Assembly: GCA_041487115.1 (NCBI GenBank)
Contig: JBGPMS010000001.1
Span: 908 to 64,907, forward strand
Source of the DNA: Gammaproteobacteria bacterium
GTDB taxonomy: Bacteria; Pseudomonadota; Gammaproteobacteria; Burkholderiales; SHXO01
Length of the DNA: 64,000 nt
Direction of reading: 5' to 3'
The notes under the pieces: generated by a model
Told to the model about the DNA's origin: nothing
Databases searched by the model: none
What the model saw: the letters and a program-made list of their open reading frames with translations, nothing else
Position numbers and translations under genes: made by a program
Part shown: piece after piece, positions 17,461 through 27,962 of the stretch
Position numbering within the stretch: position 1 is the first letter of the stretch
Layout: each line of letters opens with the position of its first letter

Positions 17461-18393
17461 ATGACACACGGAATCGCGCTGCTGCTCGCAGCCCTGTGCG
17501 CGGCGGCGGGCCATATCGCGCTGGCGCAGCAGTCCGGCCCGTTCGAGCTGGACGAGATCGCGCCGGGTAACTTCGTGCACTATGGGACGCTCGAGGAGCG
17601 CTCGCCCGCCAACCTCGGAGACCAGGCCAACATCGGGTTCATCGTCGGCAGCCGCTGTGTGGCAGTGGTGGATACCGGAGGATCGCTCCCGGTAGGGGAG
17701 ATGTTGCGTCAAGCTATCCGCGTGCGTACCGGCTTGCCTGTCTGCTACGTGATCATCACCCACGTGCATCCGGATCACATGTTCGGCGCTGGCGCTTTCC
17801 GCGTGGAGAATCCCACGTATGTCGGCCATCACAACCTGCCGCGCGCGATGCAGCTGCGCGGCAAGTTCTATGTGAACACGCTCAAGCGCGATCTGGGCGA
17901 ACTGGCCGAGGGCAGCGACGTGATCCTGCCGACGTTGCTGGTGCAGGACGAAATGAAGCTCGATCTGGGCGGCCGCACTCTGGTCTTGCACGCCTGGCCG
18001 GTGGCCCACACCGACAATGACCTGACAGTGTTCGACGCGCAGACCGGGACGTTCTGGGCGTCGGACCTGCTGTTCCTGCAACATACCCCGGTCGTGGATG
18101 GCAGCATCATCGGCTTTGCATCCGTGCTGGATCGGCTCCGGGCCGTCCCGGCACAGCACTTCGTCGCCGGCCACGGGCGCACCGACCAGCCCTGGCTGCA
18201 AGCGCTGGAGCCGGAGCGGCGGTATCTCGAGCTGATCGTGGATGAGACCCGTCACGCACTGAAGCTGAGGCAGACCATTCAACACGCGGTCGACACGGTC
18301 GGCCTGTCGGAGGAGAAGAACTGGGTCAACTTCGAGTCATTTCACCGGCGTAACGTGACCGCCGCTTACACCGAGCTGGAATGGGAAGAGTGA
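17461..18393 (+). CDS. secreted MBL-fold zinc hydrolase, 'quinoprotein relay system metallohydrolase 2'-like
   Basis: Start moved to the ATG at 17461 (signal peptide MTHGIALLLAALCAAAGHIALA). Canonical ITHVHPDHMFG motif plus VAGHG. Divergent from the paralogue. Confidence 0.7.
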   Translation: MTHGIALLLAALCAAAGHIALAQQSGPFELDEIAPGNFVHYGTLEERSPANLGDQANIGFIVGSRCVAVVDTGGSLPVGEMLRQAIRVRTGLPVCYVIITHVHPDHMFGAGAFRVENPTYVGHHNLPRAMQLRGKFYVNTLKRDLGELAEGSDVILPTLLVQDEMKLDLGGRTLVLHAWPVAHTDNDLTVFDAQTGTFWASDLLFLQHTPVVDGSIIGFASVLDRLRAVPAQHFVAGHGRTDQPWLQALEPERRYLELIVDETRHALKLRQTIQHAVDTVGLSEEKNWVNFESFHRRNVTAAYTELEWEE

Positions 18394-18485
18394 AGGCTAG
18401 CATCATCGCATGCCGGCGTGAGATGACGGTGTCGGGCGCTGGGCTATAATCGTCTGGGAATCCGTTTCAGGTAGGGGGGTGCGTA

Positions 18486-19322
18486 ATGGGGTTCAGTTGG
18501 AAGCCGATCATCCTGTCCGTGGTCGCGGGCGCGCTGCTGGCCGGGCCCGCGCTGGGCAACGAGAAGGCCGAGCCCGATCCCGCCACTTCGCCTTACTGGG
18601 ACCCGATCCGCAAGATCACGTTCGGCGATCGCGAGATCCAGGACGGCAAGGACGTCGTTCGCGTCTACCTTTCGCTGCGCGCCGATGATGCCTCCACCGT
18701 CCCGGTGACGGTGAAGGCCCAGATCGACCAGAAGCCCGATCTGTACATCAAGACCGTCTACCTCATCGTCGAACGCAACCCCTCGCCGACGGCGGGCGTG
18801 TTCCACTTCACGCCCGACAGCGGTCGGGTGCAGGTCGAGACGCGGCTGCGCTTCGAAGATTTCAGCCATGTGCGCGCGGTGGCAGAGACGAGCGACGGCA
18901 AACTGTATATGGCCTCGCGCTGGGTCAAGGCGGCCGGCGGCTGCTCCGCACCCAATGCCAAGAACGCGGTTCCCGCGCATCTTCTGGGCAAGATGAAGTT
19001 CAAGTTCGAGGAAGAGATGGTCAAGTACAACGAGCCTGCCCTGGTCCAACTCATGATCCGTCATCCCAACGAATCGGCCTTGGCGGGCGACTTCGACCCG
19101 AGCAAGGTTGCCCAGTTCGTGCGCAGCGTAGTGGTGACCTATGCGGGCAAACCGGTCATGACGGCGGAAGTCGATTTTTCCATCAGCGACAACCCGAGCT
19201 TCCGGTTCTACTTCGTGCCGCACGAGAAGGGCGAGCTGCGCGCCGAGGTGGAGGACACGCACGATCAGCTCTACACGCAGACCTTCACCGTTAGCGACGA
19301 CATCAAGCTCCCCGGCGGCTGA
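18486..19322 (+). CDS. SoxY-SoxZ fusion-like sulfur-carrier protein (quinoprotein dehydrogenase-associated SoxYZ-like carrier)
   Basis: Signal peptide; a SoxY-like half ending in VKAAGGCSAP (GGC carrier-cysteine context); a SoxZ-like half with LMIRHPNES. Confidence 0.65.
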   Translation: MGFSWKPIILSVVAGALLAGPALGNEKAEPDPATSPYWDPIRKITFGDREIQDGKDVVRVYLSLRADDASTVPVTVKAQIDQKPDLYIKTVYLIVERNPSPTAGVFHFTPDSGRVQVETRLRFEDFSHVRAVAETSDGKLYMASRWVKAAGGCSAPNAKNAVPAHLLGKMKFKFEEEMVKYNEPALVQLMIRHPNESALAGDFDPSKVAQFVRSVVVTYAGKPVMTAEVDFSISDNPSFRFYFVPHEKGELRAEVEDTHDQLYTQTFTVSDDIKLPGG

Positions 19323-19469
19323 CACCGCGCGGCCGCGGCATTGCCGCCCAGGCGCTTTCCCGTGGCGGATTGACCGCCCCCAGCCTATCCGATAAAGTTC
19401 GCGCTGATGGAGATTGATCCGGCCGAGGGCATCCTCGCCAACACCAAGAATCTTGGGCCTCACTACTCA

Positions 19470-19814
19470 ATGATCATCATGAACCTGTACCGTGTGATTG
19501 CCACCTGTGCATTGGGGAGCCTCGCCGCCTTGTCTGCGCCGGCCTGGGCGGAGGGGGACCCGGTCGCCGCCGTGCAGAAAAAGCAGATGTGCGAGGGCTG
19601 CCACGGCATCCCGGATTTCCGTACCGCTTATCCCGATGTGTATTCGGTGCCGAAACTCGGCAGCCAGGGCGCCGCCTATATCGTCAAGGCGTTGCAGGAC
19701 TACAAGTCGGGGGCGCGCAAGCACCCGTCCATGCTCGGCATCGCCGCCAGCCTGAGCGACAAGGACATCGCGGACCTCGCGGCCTACTACTCCGGCGGCG
19801 ACGCGCCAAAGTAA
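19470..19814 (+). CDS. class I monohaem c-type cytochrome
   Basis: Signal peptide, CEGCHG haem motif, distal PSMLGIA Met region. Start 19470 or 19479. Confidence 0.8.
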   Translation: MIIMNLYRVIATCALGSLAALSAPAWAEGDPVAAVQKKQMCEGCHGIPDFRTAYPDVYSVPKLGSQGAAYIVKALQDYKSGARKHPSMLGIAASLSDKDIADLAAYYSGGDAPK

Positions 19815-19842
19815 CCGAAACCACCTGGACCCAGCGCGCATT

Positions 19843-20169
19843 ATGACGAAGTTGACCCTGACAGCCGCCTGCGTGTTGTTGGCCGCAAGCGGTGCCGCCG
19901 CGGCGGCAGACTACGAAGCAGGCAAGAAGAAGGCGGAAGAAATCTGTGCCGCCTGCCACGGCCCCGACGGCAACAAGCCGCTGACGCCCGAAACCCCACG
20001 CTTAGGGGGCCAGTACTACGACTATCTGGTGCATTCCCTGAAGGCGTACCGCTCGGGCGCGCGCGAGAATCCAATGATGAGCCCGATGGCCAAACCACTC
20101 AGCGACAAGGAGGTCAAGGACGTGGCCTGGTACTTCTCCAGGCAGCCGGGCTTGGTGTCCAAGTACTAG
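19843..20169 (+). CDS. class I monohaem c-type cytochrome
   Basis: Signal peptide MTKLTLTAACVLLAASGAAAA, CAACHG haem motif, NPMMSPMA. Confidence 0.8.
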   Translation: MTKLTLTAACVLLAASGAAAAADYEAGKKKAEEICAACHGPDGNKPLTPETPRLGGQYYDYLVHSLKAYRSGARENPMMSPMAKPLSDKEVKDVAWYFSRQPGLVSKY

Positions 20170-20192
20170 CGGCGCAGCACGTGGGATCCCGG

Positions 20193-20217
20193 AAAGGGCC
20201 GGCAGTGCCGGCCCTTT
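20193..20217. terminator. bidirectional rho-independent terminator
   Basis: AAAGGGCCGGC-AGT-GCCGGCCCTTT perfect GC-rich hairpin with A/T runs on both sides, between convergent genes. Confidence 0.8.
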
Positions 20218-20248
20218 AGTCTTTTCTCCGCTGCTGCGCGTTCAGGCG

Positions 20249-20680
20249 CTATTGCCTCACTTGCCGATCGAGGCAGTCGATATAGAGCCGCTCATCCAGC
20301 GCCGTTCCCGCGCGCTGGGCCTGCCAGACGACCTCTCCCAGGCACTCCACTACTGCGTGCAGCGCATCGTGCTCCGAACCGGTGTGCCGGACCAGCTTCC
20401 GGTAGCGCTCGGCGATCCCGACCGGCTGGTCGATAGACAGTTGTTCGGCCACCGCAAGGTGCAGGGACAAATGCAGAAACGGATTGAGATCGCCCGCTTC
20501 GGGCAAGTAGTCGCGATCGGCGTGGCGGTCCGGCTGCTCCAGGATGGCGTGATACTCGGGATGGAGCAGGATCACCTCGAGCACGGTCTGCTCCAGTCCG
20601 GACAGGCCTTCACCGCGGAGAGACTTGGCCCAGGTGTCGAAAAACAAGCATCGCGCCTGGTCGCGGCTGGGGGTGAACAT
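20249..20680 (-). CDS. DUF1841-family protein
   Basis: 143 aa. FFDTWAK...LLHPEYH...NPFLHLSLHLAVAEQL pattern recalled for DUF1841. Confidence 0.6.
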   Translation of the reverse strand: MFTPSRDQARCLFFDTWAKSLRGEGLSGLEQTVLEVILLHPEYHAILEQPDRHADRDYLPEAGDLNPFLHLSLHLAVAEQLSIDQPVGIAERYRKLVRHTGSEHDALHAVVECLGEVVWQAQRAGTALDERLYIDCLDRQVRQ

Positions 20681-20760
20681 CCGGGGGTGAACATCCTTGG
20701 CGCGTTGCTGATGTTAGCTCGCAGTAACGCTGAAGCCTAACACGGAACACGAATCGCGCC

Positions 20761-21414
20761 TCACGGGTCGGGCGTTGCCATGGTTGGCGTCTTGTGCTTG
20801 TACTCGCACAGGTCGCGGATGGCGCAAGTCGGACAATCGGGCTTGCGCGCCTTGCAGACGTAGCGGCCGTGGAGGATGAGCCAATGGTGCGCATTCTTGC
20901 GATAGGCCTCCGGCACGAGCTTCAGCAGCTTCTTCTCCACCTCCGCCACGTTCTTGCCCGGCGCGATGCCGGTCCGGTTTGACACCCGGAAGATGTGCGT
21001 GTCCACGGCGATGGTGGGCTCGCCGAAGGCGGTGTTCAGGATCACGTTGGCGGTCTTGCGCCCTACTCCCGGCAGGCTCTCGAGCGCCGCGCGATCGCGT
21101 GGCACCTCGCTGCCATGACGCTCTATGAGAATGCGGCAGGTCGCGAGCAGATTCTTCGCCTTGGTGCGATAGAGTCCGATGGTTTTAATCGTCTGCTCGA
21201 GCCCGTCCTGACCGAGCGCGAGCATGGCCTCCGGGCTGCTCGCGGCTGCGAACAACCGTGGTGTCGCCAGGTTCACGCTCCGGTCCGTGGCCTGTGCCGA
21301 CAGCACCACGGCCACCAGCAGCTCGAACGGCGTGCGGAATTCCAGCTCGGTCTTGGGCTCCGGATTCAAGACTTTGAGGCGGCGGAAGATTTCTTCGCGC
21401 TTGGCGGCGTTCAT
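20761..21414 (-). CDS. nth: endonuclease III
   Basis: HhH-GPD region LPGVGRKTANVILN and the C-terminal 4Fe-4S loop CKARKPDCPTCAIRDLC. Confidence 0.92.
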   Translation of the reverse strand: MNAAKREEIFRRLKVLNPEPKTELEFRTPFELLVAVVLSAQATDRSVNLATPRLFAAASSPEAMLALGQDGLEQTIKTIGLYRTKAKNLLATCRILIERHGSEVPRDRAALESLPGVGRKTANVILNTAFGEPTIAVDTHIFRVSNRTGIAPGKNVAEVEKKLLKLVPEAYRKNAHHWLILHGRYVCKARKPDCPTCAIRDLCEYKHKTPTMATPDP

Positions 21415-21435
21415 GAGGTCTCCAGGGCGGGCGCC

Positions 21436-21462
21436 TTAAGTTTGCCTTGCCGGGGCCGTTAA
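21436..21462 (+). promoter_or_regulatory. sigma-28 (FliA)-type promoter
   Basis: TTAAGTTT-N11-GCCGTTAA versus consensus TAAAGTTT-N11-GCCGATAA, with exact 11-nt spacer, about 68 nt upstream of the MCP start. Confidence 0.65.
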
Positions 21463-21529
21463 CGGATCGCGCCGCCGGAGTCCCGGTTCCGCGGGACCGG
21501 CTGCGCCCGAATGAGACAAGAGTGAAGGC

Positions 21530-23578
21530 ATGCCAATGCGTTTTCGCGACCTCCCGATCGCCGTCAAGTTTTCGCTCCTGCTGCTGCCCGCCGTCGCGGT
21601 GCTGCTGGGCTCGCTCGCTTTCGTCCAGGCCTGGGTCTCCACCAACTCGCTGGAGAGCAAAGGGCTGGCCGAGCTGAAGCAGAAGAACGAGCTGATCGTG
21701 GGCATGATCGATTCGTACAACAAGTCCCTCAAGCATAGCGTGACGCGGCTGGGCGAGGTGTTCGCCTCGTACTATCCCGGCCGCTACGAGCTGGACGAAG
21801 CGCACCTCATGCAGGTCGGCGACAACGCTGCTCCGGTGCTGCGCGTGGGCGGGCATATCGTCAATCTGGACTTCAGCGGGGTAGACCGCTTCACCGACGT
21901 GACCGGCGGTGTGGCCACCTTGTTTGCTCGCAAGGGCGACGACTTCATCCGCGTGAGCACCTCGCTCAAGAACGAAAAGGGTGCCCGTATGGTGGGCACG
22001 CTGCTCACGCCCAACAGCCCGGCCTACTCGAAGGTGATGCGCGGCGAGACCTACTTCGGCAAGGCGCACCTGTTCGGTCGCGACTACATCACCCAATACA
22101 GGCCGATCAAATCCTCGGACGGGCAGGTGATCGCCATTTCCTTCGTCGGGCTGGATTTTACCGAAGGACTGAAGATTTTCCAGCAGCACATTCGCGACAT
22201 CAAGATCGGCGAGACCGGTTACGTGTTCGTGATCGACGGCACCGAGGGGAAGAACAAAGGTCTGGCTGTGGTACATGCCCTGCGCCAGGGCGACAATCTC
22301 CTGGACTTGAAAGACGCCAGCGGCGCTCCCTTCGTTCAAGACATGCTGCAAGCCCGTAAAGGCACCCTGCGCTACGTCTATGTGGGTCCGAACGACATAG
22401 ACCAAACCGCCCGCGAAAAGATTGCCGCATTCGACTATTTCGACGATTGGAACTGGCTGATTGCCTCGGCCGCCTATACCGACGAGTTCACGCAGGAGAG
22501 CGTAGCCGTTCGCAATTACACCATCATCACTACTGCGTTGATCATCGGGATGTTGGCCGGGCTCATCTACCTGGCTGCCAGGACCTGGGTCGCCCGGCCG
22601 TTGCGTCGAGCCATGGATTTTACCGGGCGGCTGGCCGCCGGAGACCTGACCGCCCGGCTGGAGGCGAAATCCGGGGATGAGATTGGACGCCTGCTGCGTG
22701 CCACCAGTGAGATGAACGAAAACCTGGTGGGCATCGTGCGCCAGGTGCATGGCAGCGCCGAGGAGGTATCCCAGGCGGCCTCGGAGCTGTCGGCGTCAGC
22801 CGAGCAGGTGGCCCACGGGTCGCACCGGCAGAGCGATGCCGCCATCGCGGCGGCCGAGGCTGTCGAGCAAGGGACCGCGAGCATTGCCGCCACCGCCGAG
22901 ACCGCCGAGGAGGTGCGCAAGCTGTCCCACGGGAGTCTGGAGAGCACCGCCAAAGGCAACCAAAGCCTGCTCAAGATGGTGGCCGAGCTGGATCGGGCCG
23001 GCGTCTCGGTGCAGGAGATCGCCGTCGCCGTCACCGAGTTCGTACGCAGCACCAGCACCATCACGGCGATGACTCGCCAGGTCAAGGAGATCGCCGAGCA
23101 GACCAACCTGCTGGCGCTCAACGCCGCGATCGAGGCCGCGCGCGCGGGCGAACAGGGCCGTGGCTTCGCGGTCGTGGCGGACGAAGTGCGCAAGCTGGCC
23201 GAAAAATCCGCGCGCTCCGCCAGCGAGATCGATGCGGTAACCGGCACGCTGGGCGCCAAGTCGTCGGCGGTCGCAAATGCGATCGGCAATGGCCAGGGAT
23301 CGTTGGCGTCCTGCCAGCTGCTGGTCAAGGACGTAGTCGACGTGCTCGCGGAAGCCAACCGGACTGTCATGCAGGCGGCAGAAGGCGCGGAGCGCATCGC
23401 CACCTCGGTGAAGGAGCAAGCGACCGCCAGCGGCGAAATCTCGCGCAACGTGCACGGCATCGCTCAGATGGCGGAAGCCAATAGCGCCGCGATCCAGCAG
23501 ACCTCCGCCGCGGCCCGCCACTTGGAGCAGCTGGCTCACACGCTGCAGGATAGCGTCAGCCGCTTCCGCGTCGGCTAG
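21530..23578 (+). CDS. methyl-accepting chemotaxis protein with periplasmic Cache-like sensor, HAMP and MCP signalling domain
   Basis: Two TM segments, HAMP ([18 protein letters not shown]), and the conserved hairpin [41 protein letters not shown]. Confidence 0.9.
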   Translation: MPMRFRDLPIAVKFSLLLLPAVAVLLGSLAFVQAWVSTNSLESKGLAELKQKNELIVGMIDSYNKSLKHSVTRLGEVFASYYPGRYELDEAHLMQVGDNAAPVLRVGGHIVNLDFSGVDRFTDVTGGVATLFARKGDDFIRVSTSLKNEKGARMVGTLLTPNSPAYSKVMRGETYFGKAHLFGRDYITQYRPIKSSDGQVIAISFVGLDFTEGLKIFQQHIRDIKIGETGYVFVIDGTEGKNKGLAVVHALRQGDNLLDLKDASGAPFVQDMLQARKGTLRYVYVGPNDIDQTAREKIAAFDYFDDWNWLIASAAYTDEFTQESVAVRNYTIITTALIIGMLAGLIYLAARTWVARPLRRAMDFTGRLAAGDLTARLEAKSGDEIGRLLRATSEMNENLVGIVRQVHGSAEEVSQAASELSASAEQVAHGSHRQSDAAIAAAEAVEQGTASIAATAETAEEVRKLSHGSLESTAKGNQSLLKMVAELDRAGVSVQEIAVAVTEFVRSTSTITAMTRQVKEIAEQTNLLALNAAIEAARAGEQGRGFAVVADEVRKLAEKSARSASEIDAVTGTLGAKSSAVANAIGNGQGSLASCQLLVKDVVDVLAEANRTVMQAAEGAERIATSVKEQATASGEISRNVHGIAQMAEANSAAIQQTSAAARHLEQLAHTLQDSVSRFRVG

Positions 23579-23582
23579 CAGG

Positions 23583-24251
23583 TCACCCTTTACTCCCCGC
23601 GCGGCGTACGCGTGCGCGTTCCAGCGCCGCTCGAACCGCTGCCTGTTTGCGCTCCAGACCGGGCGAGGTTGCCACGCGGTCCGGGCGTCTGACTTTCCTG
23701 TCGGCCTTCGCGGGGAGACGCGCTTCCTGCTCTTCGCGCTCGCGTGCGATGCGAGCCAGATGAAACTGGTAGCGCGCCCGCGCTTCGGCTGCGCGTGCTT
23801 CTGGCCCGGGATCGGCAATGACCGCCCCGCGCCGAACCAGTGCGGGTATCTCCACCATTTCGATGCAGTCCACTGGACAAGGCGGGATGCACAGCTCGCA
23901 GCCGGTGCAATGCTGCAGTAGCACTGTATGCATCAGCTTGGCGGCGCCGACGATGGCATCGACCGGGCAGGCCTGGATGCACAGGGTGCAGCCGATGCAC
24001 CGGGTTTCGTCGATCAGTGCCGCAGCGCGCGTCTGCTCCACACCGCAAGCCGGATTCAGCGGCCTCACCTCCCGGCCCAGCAGCGCCGCGAGCTGCGCGA
24101 TCCCGTCAGCGCCACCGGGCGGGCATCGATCGATCTCCGCCTCGCCTTGCGCCATCGCTTCGGCGTACGGCCGGCAGCCCTGGTAGCCGCACTTCGTGCA
24201 CTGCGTCTGCGGCAAAAGAGCGTCGATTCGATCGGCTAAGTCAGCCGTCAT
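23583..24251 (-). CDS. RnfB/RsxB-like ferredoxin (stand-alone)
   Basis: Start moved to the ATG at 24251 ([33 protein letters not shown]). Two CxxCxxCxxxCP 4Fe-4S motifs. The upstream part of the track ORF has no support. Confidence 0.8.
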   Translation of the reverse strand: MTADLADRIDALLPQTQCTKCGYQGCRPYAEAMAQGEAEIDRCPPGGADGIAQLAALLGREVRPLNPACGVEQTRAAALIDETRCIGCTLCIQACPVDAIVGAAKLMHTVLLQHCTGCELCIPPCPVDCIEMVEIPALVRRGAVIADPGPEARAAEARARYQFHLARIAREREEQEARLPAKADRKVRRPDRVATSPGLERKQAAVRAALERARVRRAGSKG

Positions 24252-24283
24252 TGTGCTCGGTGTCTCGGCGGTGAGCGGAGCTC

Positions 24284-27200
24284 TTACGCGGCAGCGGCAC
24301 GGCGCTGCAAGTGGACCAGGCAGCGGTCGATCCACTGGGCCGTGAGCTTCTCCTGCACCGAGTTCTGCAGCAGCCGCGCGGCCAGGCCGGGGAAGTCGAC
24401 GCGGTCGAGTGGCTGGTCCTGGTTGAAGCAGGAGAACACGTAGCGGCGCTCCCCGCTGTCCGGATCCAGATGCGGTTGCAGACATTGGGCGCAGATCTCC
24501 TTCATCATGCACTGCATCGGCGAGTTGATCGAGCCGATGGCGAAGTGGTGCGGCTTCACGTGTGCTGCCAGTACGCCATGGCGGGCGGCGGCCACCGCCG
24601 CCATCATGCGATCGGAGCCGATGGCGACGATGCGGTCGGCGGCGCTGAACGGGATCGTCTGCCCACCCAACTGGCCGGTCGCATAGGCGAGCATGGCTTG
24701 CACGATATTGCCGACGAACGCGCGGTCCTGGCGCCGAGTCGGCTGAAATCCCGGCGCCTCGTCGCAGCACCACACGACGACGTCAGCGGCCGCCTCGATC
24801 TCGGCGACTTTGTAGCGGTCGATGATCTTCTTGTAACCGGCGAAGTAGAGCACCTCGGAGCCGGCTGCGCGCAGCGCGGAGCCGATGGAGAACAGCACCG
24901 CGTTGCCGAGACCGCCGCCGGCAAGGATCACCGTCTCATCGGCGGGGATCTCGGTGGGCGAGCCGGTCGGGCCCATCAGCACCACCGGCTCTCCCGGCTC
25001 CAGGAGTGCGCACAGGTCCGAGGATCCCCCCATCTCCAGCACGATGGTCGAGACCAGGCCTTGCTCCGGGTCGACCCAGGCCCCGGTGAGCGCCAGACCC
25101 TCCATGGCCAGGCGCGTCCCGTCCACCGCCAGCGCGTGGCGCTCGAAGTTCTGCAGGCGGTAGAACTGCCCGGGCTGGAAGCGACGCGCGGCGGCGGGCG
25201 CCTTCACGATCACCTCCACGATCGTGGGCGTAAGCCTGATCACTTCGTGTACCGTGGCACGCAACTCGCCGTTGAGGCGAGCCTCGAATTGCCCGTCGCT
25301 GTCGGGCGAAGCCGGCGTCACGGCGTCGAGGATGCGGCTGATCGCCGGATAGCCCTGCTTGGCGCCCCCCATGGCTTTGACCACGTTGCCGAAGAAGGAG
25401 GGGTGCAGGTCGCCGAAGAAGCTGGCGAAGCGGCCGTCCGCGCGCTTCGACAGGAGCACGCGCACTTCTCCCGGCTTGGCGCTCGCCCGTTCGGGCTGCA
25501 CCGGATCGCCGTTCTCGTCGCAGGCCTGGAAGTATTTCCCGTCCAGATGAAAGTTGTGTGGATCTTCGCGTGCCAGGACGGTATTGGGTTGCGTGCCCGC
25601 CGCGACCAGGATCGAGCGTGCCGGCAGCAGCGTCTCGCCCGCTGCGTCCAGCGCGTTGTCCGCGCTCGCGCGTTGTACCGAGACGCGCAGGCGGCTGGCA
25701 TGGCCGAACTCGTCGGTCTCCACCGCTACCGGGCTCAAGCCCTCGGCAAAGCGGATGCCCTCTTCCAGGGCCTTCTCGATCTCCTCGTGATTGAGCGTGT
25801 AGGAAGGGCTGTCGATGAGCCGCTTGCGGTAGGCGATGGTAACGCCGCCCCAGGTTTGGAGCAGCTCGACGATGCGGGCTTCGCGGCCCTCCCTGCGCGC
25901 CGCCTCGCGCTCCGCCCGAATCGCCCGTCCGTGCGCGATGAACTCGTCGCCGATGCGGCTTTCCTCCGCACTCCAGCCTGCGCGCACTGCGCCCTTGCCG
26001 CGCTCTGCCACCAGCGTCTCGTAGCGCTCGAGGAACTTCTCGACTTGTACCGGGTAGTAGGCCAGCGACTCGGTCGCGGTATCGATGGCGGTCAGCCCGC
26101 CGCCCACCACCACCACCGGCAAGCGGATCTGGAGGTTGGCAACCGAGTCGTGTTTGGCTGCACCTGTGAGCTGCAGCGCCATCAGGAAATCCGAAGCGGT
26201 GCGCACCCCGCGGGCGAGACCGTTGGGGAGGTCGAGCACGGTCGGCCTGCCAGCCCCGGCACACAGCGCGACGTGGTCGAAACCGAAATCAAACGCGTCA
26301 TCCAGCGTCAGCGTGCCGCCGAAGCGCACGCCACCGAACAGCTGGAATTCGCACCGGCGCTCGAGCAGCAGCCGGATCAGCTTGAGGAAGTTCTTGTCCC
26401 AGCGCACCGTGATGCCGTATTCGGCCACGCCGCCGAAGCCCGCCATCACGCGGTCGTCCAGGGACTCGTACAGGGTGCGCATGTCGAGGATCGGCTGGAA
26501 GGCGACGCGTTCTCCGGTCGAGTCGACCCCCGACAGTTCCGCCGGAAGCGGCTCGATCTTGAGCCCGTCGATGCCGACGACCCGATGACCGTCGTTCATC
26601 AGGTGGTGGGCGAGGGTGAAGCCGGCCGGCCCCATTCCCACCACCAGCACGCGTTTGCCGCTGGCCGGCTGCGGGCAGGGGCGGCGCAGGTCGAGCGGAT
26701 TCCAGCGCGTGAGCAGCGAGTAGATCTCGAAGCCCCAGGGCAGCTCGAGCACGTCTTTCAAGGTGCGCGTCTCGGCTTGCGGGATGTTCACCGGCTCTTG
26801 CTTCTGGAAGATGCAGGACTTCATGCAGTCGTTGCAGATGCGGTGCCCGGTCCCCGCCACCATCGGGTTGTCCACGCAGATGATCGCCAGCGCGCCGATC
26901 GACTGGCCCTCGGTCTTCACCTTGTGGAACTCCGAGATCTTTTCTTCCAGCGGGCAGCCGGCGAGTTGAACGCCGAACACGCTCTTTTTGAACGGTGCGC
27001 GCGTCCCGTCGGGTGGCGCCTTGTCCTTCAGGCCATGGGAGCAGGAATCGCGGCCCTGCTCGTGGCACCAGATGCAGTAGTTAGCCTGGTCCAGCGCGCC
27101 CACCAGGTCGGTACCCCGGTCGGTGAGGGCGAAACCCTGACGGCGGCGCAAGTGATCGAGGCGGAAGCTGCGGAAGCCCGCGCGATCGTCGGCGATGACC

Positions 27201-27835
27201 GGGACGAGGCGCTGGTAGTCGAGTTTTGCGGGCGTCTTGAACAGAACGCCTTGGCGGTGGCGCGCGCGGCCCTCGGGCGTGTGCGCGGCCCAGGCGGCGT
27301 AGTGCAGCGCCAGTTCCAGCTCCTCCGCGTGCGCGGCCTCGTTCTGTTGCCACTTCGACACAAGCCGTGCGAATCCCAACTCCGTGAAGATTCCCCCCAT
27401 GTGCACCGCGAGCTGGGCCTCTAGCGCAGGACCATCGATGACGGCCGCCGCTTCGGGTTTGATGCGGTTCATCGCCTTGCGCTGCACGAACGCGCGCTTG
27501 CAGGAGAACAGCGGCGCCCGCTCATGATGGCGTGCTGCGAGCGCCGTAACGGCTTGCTCGATGCCGAACAACTCGGCGATGAAGTCCTCCAGATGCGGGG
27601 CCAGGGCGATCAGCAGCTCGGACTCCGGTTTGCCGGCCAGCGCGTCGGGGTTGGCGCGGGCCTCGACCAGGCGATGGGCCAGTTCGGGTTCGGCCTGCGC
27701 CAGGTGTTGCAGAAAGTGCTGGTCCAAGTGGGTCAGCCCGTCGCGCCGGTGCAGATCTTCGAACGAAATTCCGAAGCGCAGATTGAGGACGGCTGGAACG
27801 GGCGCACTGCGAGAGGCGGTAGCGGGGCTGGTCAT
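24284..27835 (-). CDS. large multidomain Fe-S/flavin oxidoreductase: Cys-rich N-terminal region, GltD-like FAD/NAD(P) domain, PyrK-like FNR/2Fe-2S module
   Basis: Cys clusters ([26 protein letters not shown]); Rossmann motif [17 protein letters not shown]; FNR-like [11 protein letters not shown] and [11 protein letters not shown]; C-terminal [10 protein letters not shown]...FSCF. ATG at 27835 (the track start is a TTG one codon upstream). Confidence 0.6.
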   Translation of the reverse strand: MTSPATASRSAPVPAVLNLRFGISFEDLHRRDGLTHLDQHFLQHLAQAEPELAHRLVEARANPDALAGKPESELLIALAPHLEDFIAELFGIEQAVTALAARHHERAPLFSCKRAFVQRKAMNRIKPEAAAVIDGPALEAQLAVHMGGIFTELGFARLVSKWQQNEAAHAEELELALHYAAWAAHTPEGRARHRQGVLFKTPAKLDYQRLVPVIADDRAGFRSFRLDHLRRRQGFALTDRGTDLVGALDQANYCIWCHEQGRDSCSHGLKDKAPPDGTRAPFKKSVFGVQLAGCPLEEKISEFHKVKTEGQSIGALAIICVDNPMVAGTGHRICNDCMKSCIFQKQEPVNIPQAETRTLKDVLELPWGFEIYSLLTRWNPLDLRRPCPQPASGKRVLVVGMGPAGFTLAHHLMNDGHRVVGIDGLKIEPLPAELSGVDSTGERVAFQPILDMRTLYESLDDRVMAGFGGVAEYGITVRWDKNFLKLIRLLLERRCEFQLFGGVRFGGTLTLDDAFDFGFDHVALCAGAGRPTVLDLPNGLARGVRTASDFLMALQLTGAAKHDSVANLQIRLPVVVVGGGLTAIDTATESLAYYPVQVEKFLERYETLVAERGKGAVRAGWSAEESRIGDEFIAHGRAIRAEREAARREGREARIVELLQTWGGVTIAYRKRLIDSPSYTLNHEEIEKALEEGIRFAEGLSPVAVETDEFGHASRLRVSVQRASADNALDAAGETLLPARSILVAAGTQPNTVLAREDPHNFHLDGKYFQACDENGDPVQPERASAKPGEVRVLLSKRADGRFASFFGDLHPSFFGNVVKAMGGAKQGYPAISRILDAVTPASPDSDGQFEARLNGELRATVHEVIRLTPTIVEVIVKAPAAARRFQPGQFYRLQNFERHALAVDGTRLAMEGLALTGAWVDPEQGLVSTIVLEMGGSSDLCALLEPGEPVVLMGPTGSPTEIPADETVILAGGGLGNAVLFSIGSALRAAGSEVLYFAGYKKIIDRYKVAEIEAAADVVVWCCDEAPGFQPTRRQDRAFVGNIVQAMLAYATGQLGGQTIPFSAADRIVAIGSDRMMAAVAAARHGVLAAHVKPHHFAIGSINSPMQCMMKEICAQCLQPHLDPDSGERRYVFSCFNQDQPLDRVDFPGLAARLLQNSVQEKLTAQWIDRCLVHLQRRAAAA

Positions 27836-27962
27836 CAAAGAACTGCGCGGAATATGGATATGTCCCGAACCGGTAGATCGGTGCAGCGTGGCGATCCGAA
27901 ACGAGCGTCAAAAAAGGGCGTCAAGTATACCAGCCGCAGCCGGCCCATCGGCCCAACGCGGA

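Noticed and set aside
21185-22750. 521-aa minus-strand ORF, and similarly 49147-50403 (418 aa)
   Set aside because: Antisense to the MCP gene and nth, and to the MBL hydrolase gene. No motifs and a biased Arg/Gly/Pro composition.
24311-27424. 1037-aa plus-strand ORF
   Set aside because: Antisense to the 1184-aa oxidoreductase, which carries Rossmann, FNR and Cys-cluster motifs. The composition is typical of a GC-artefact ORF.
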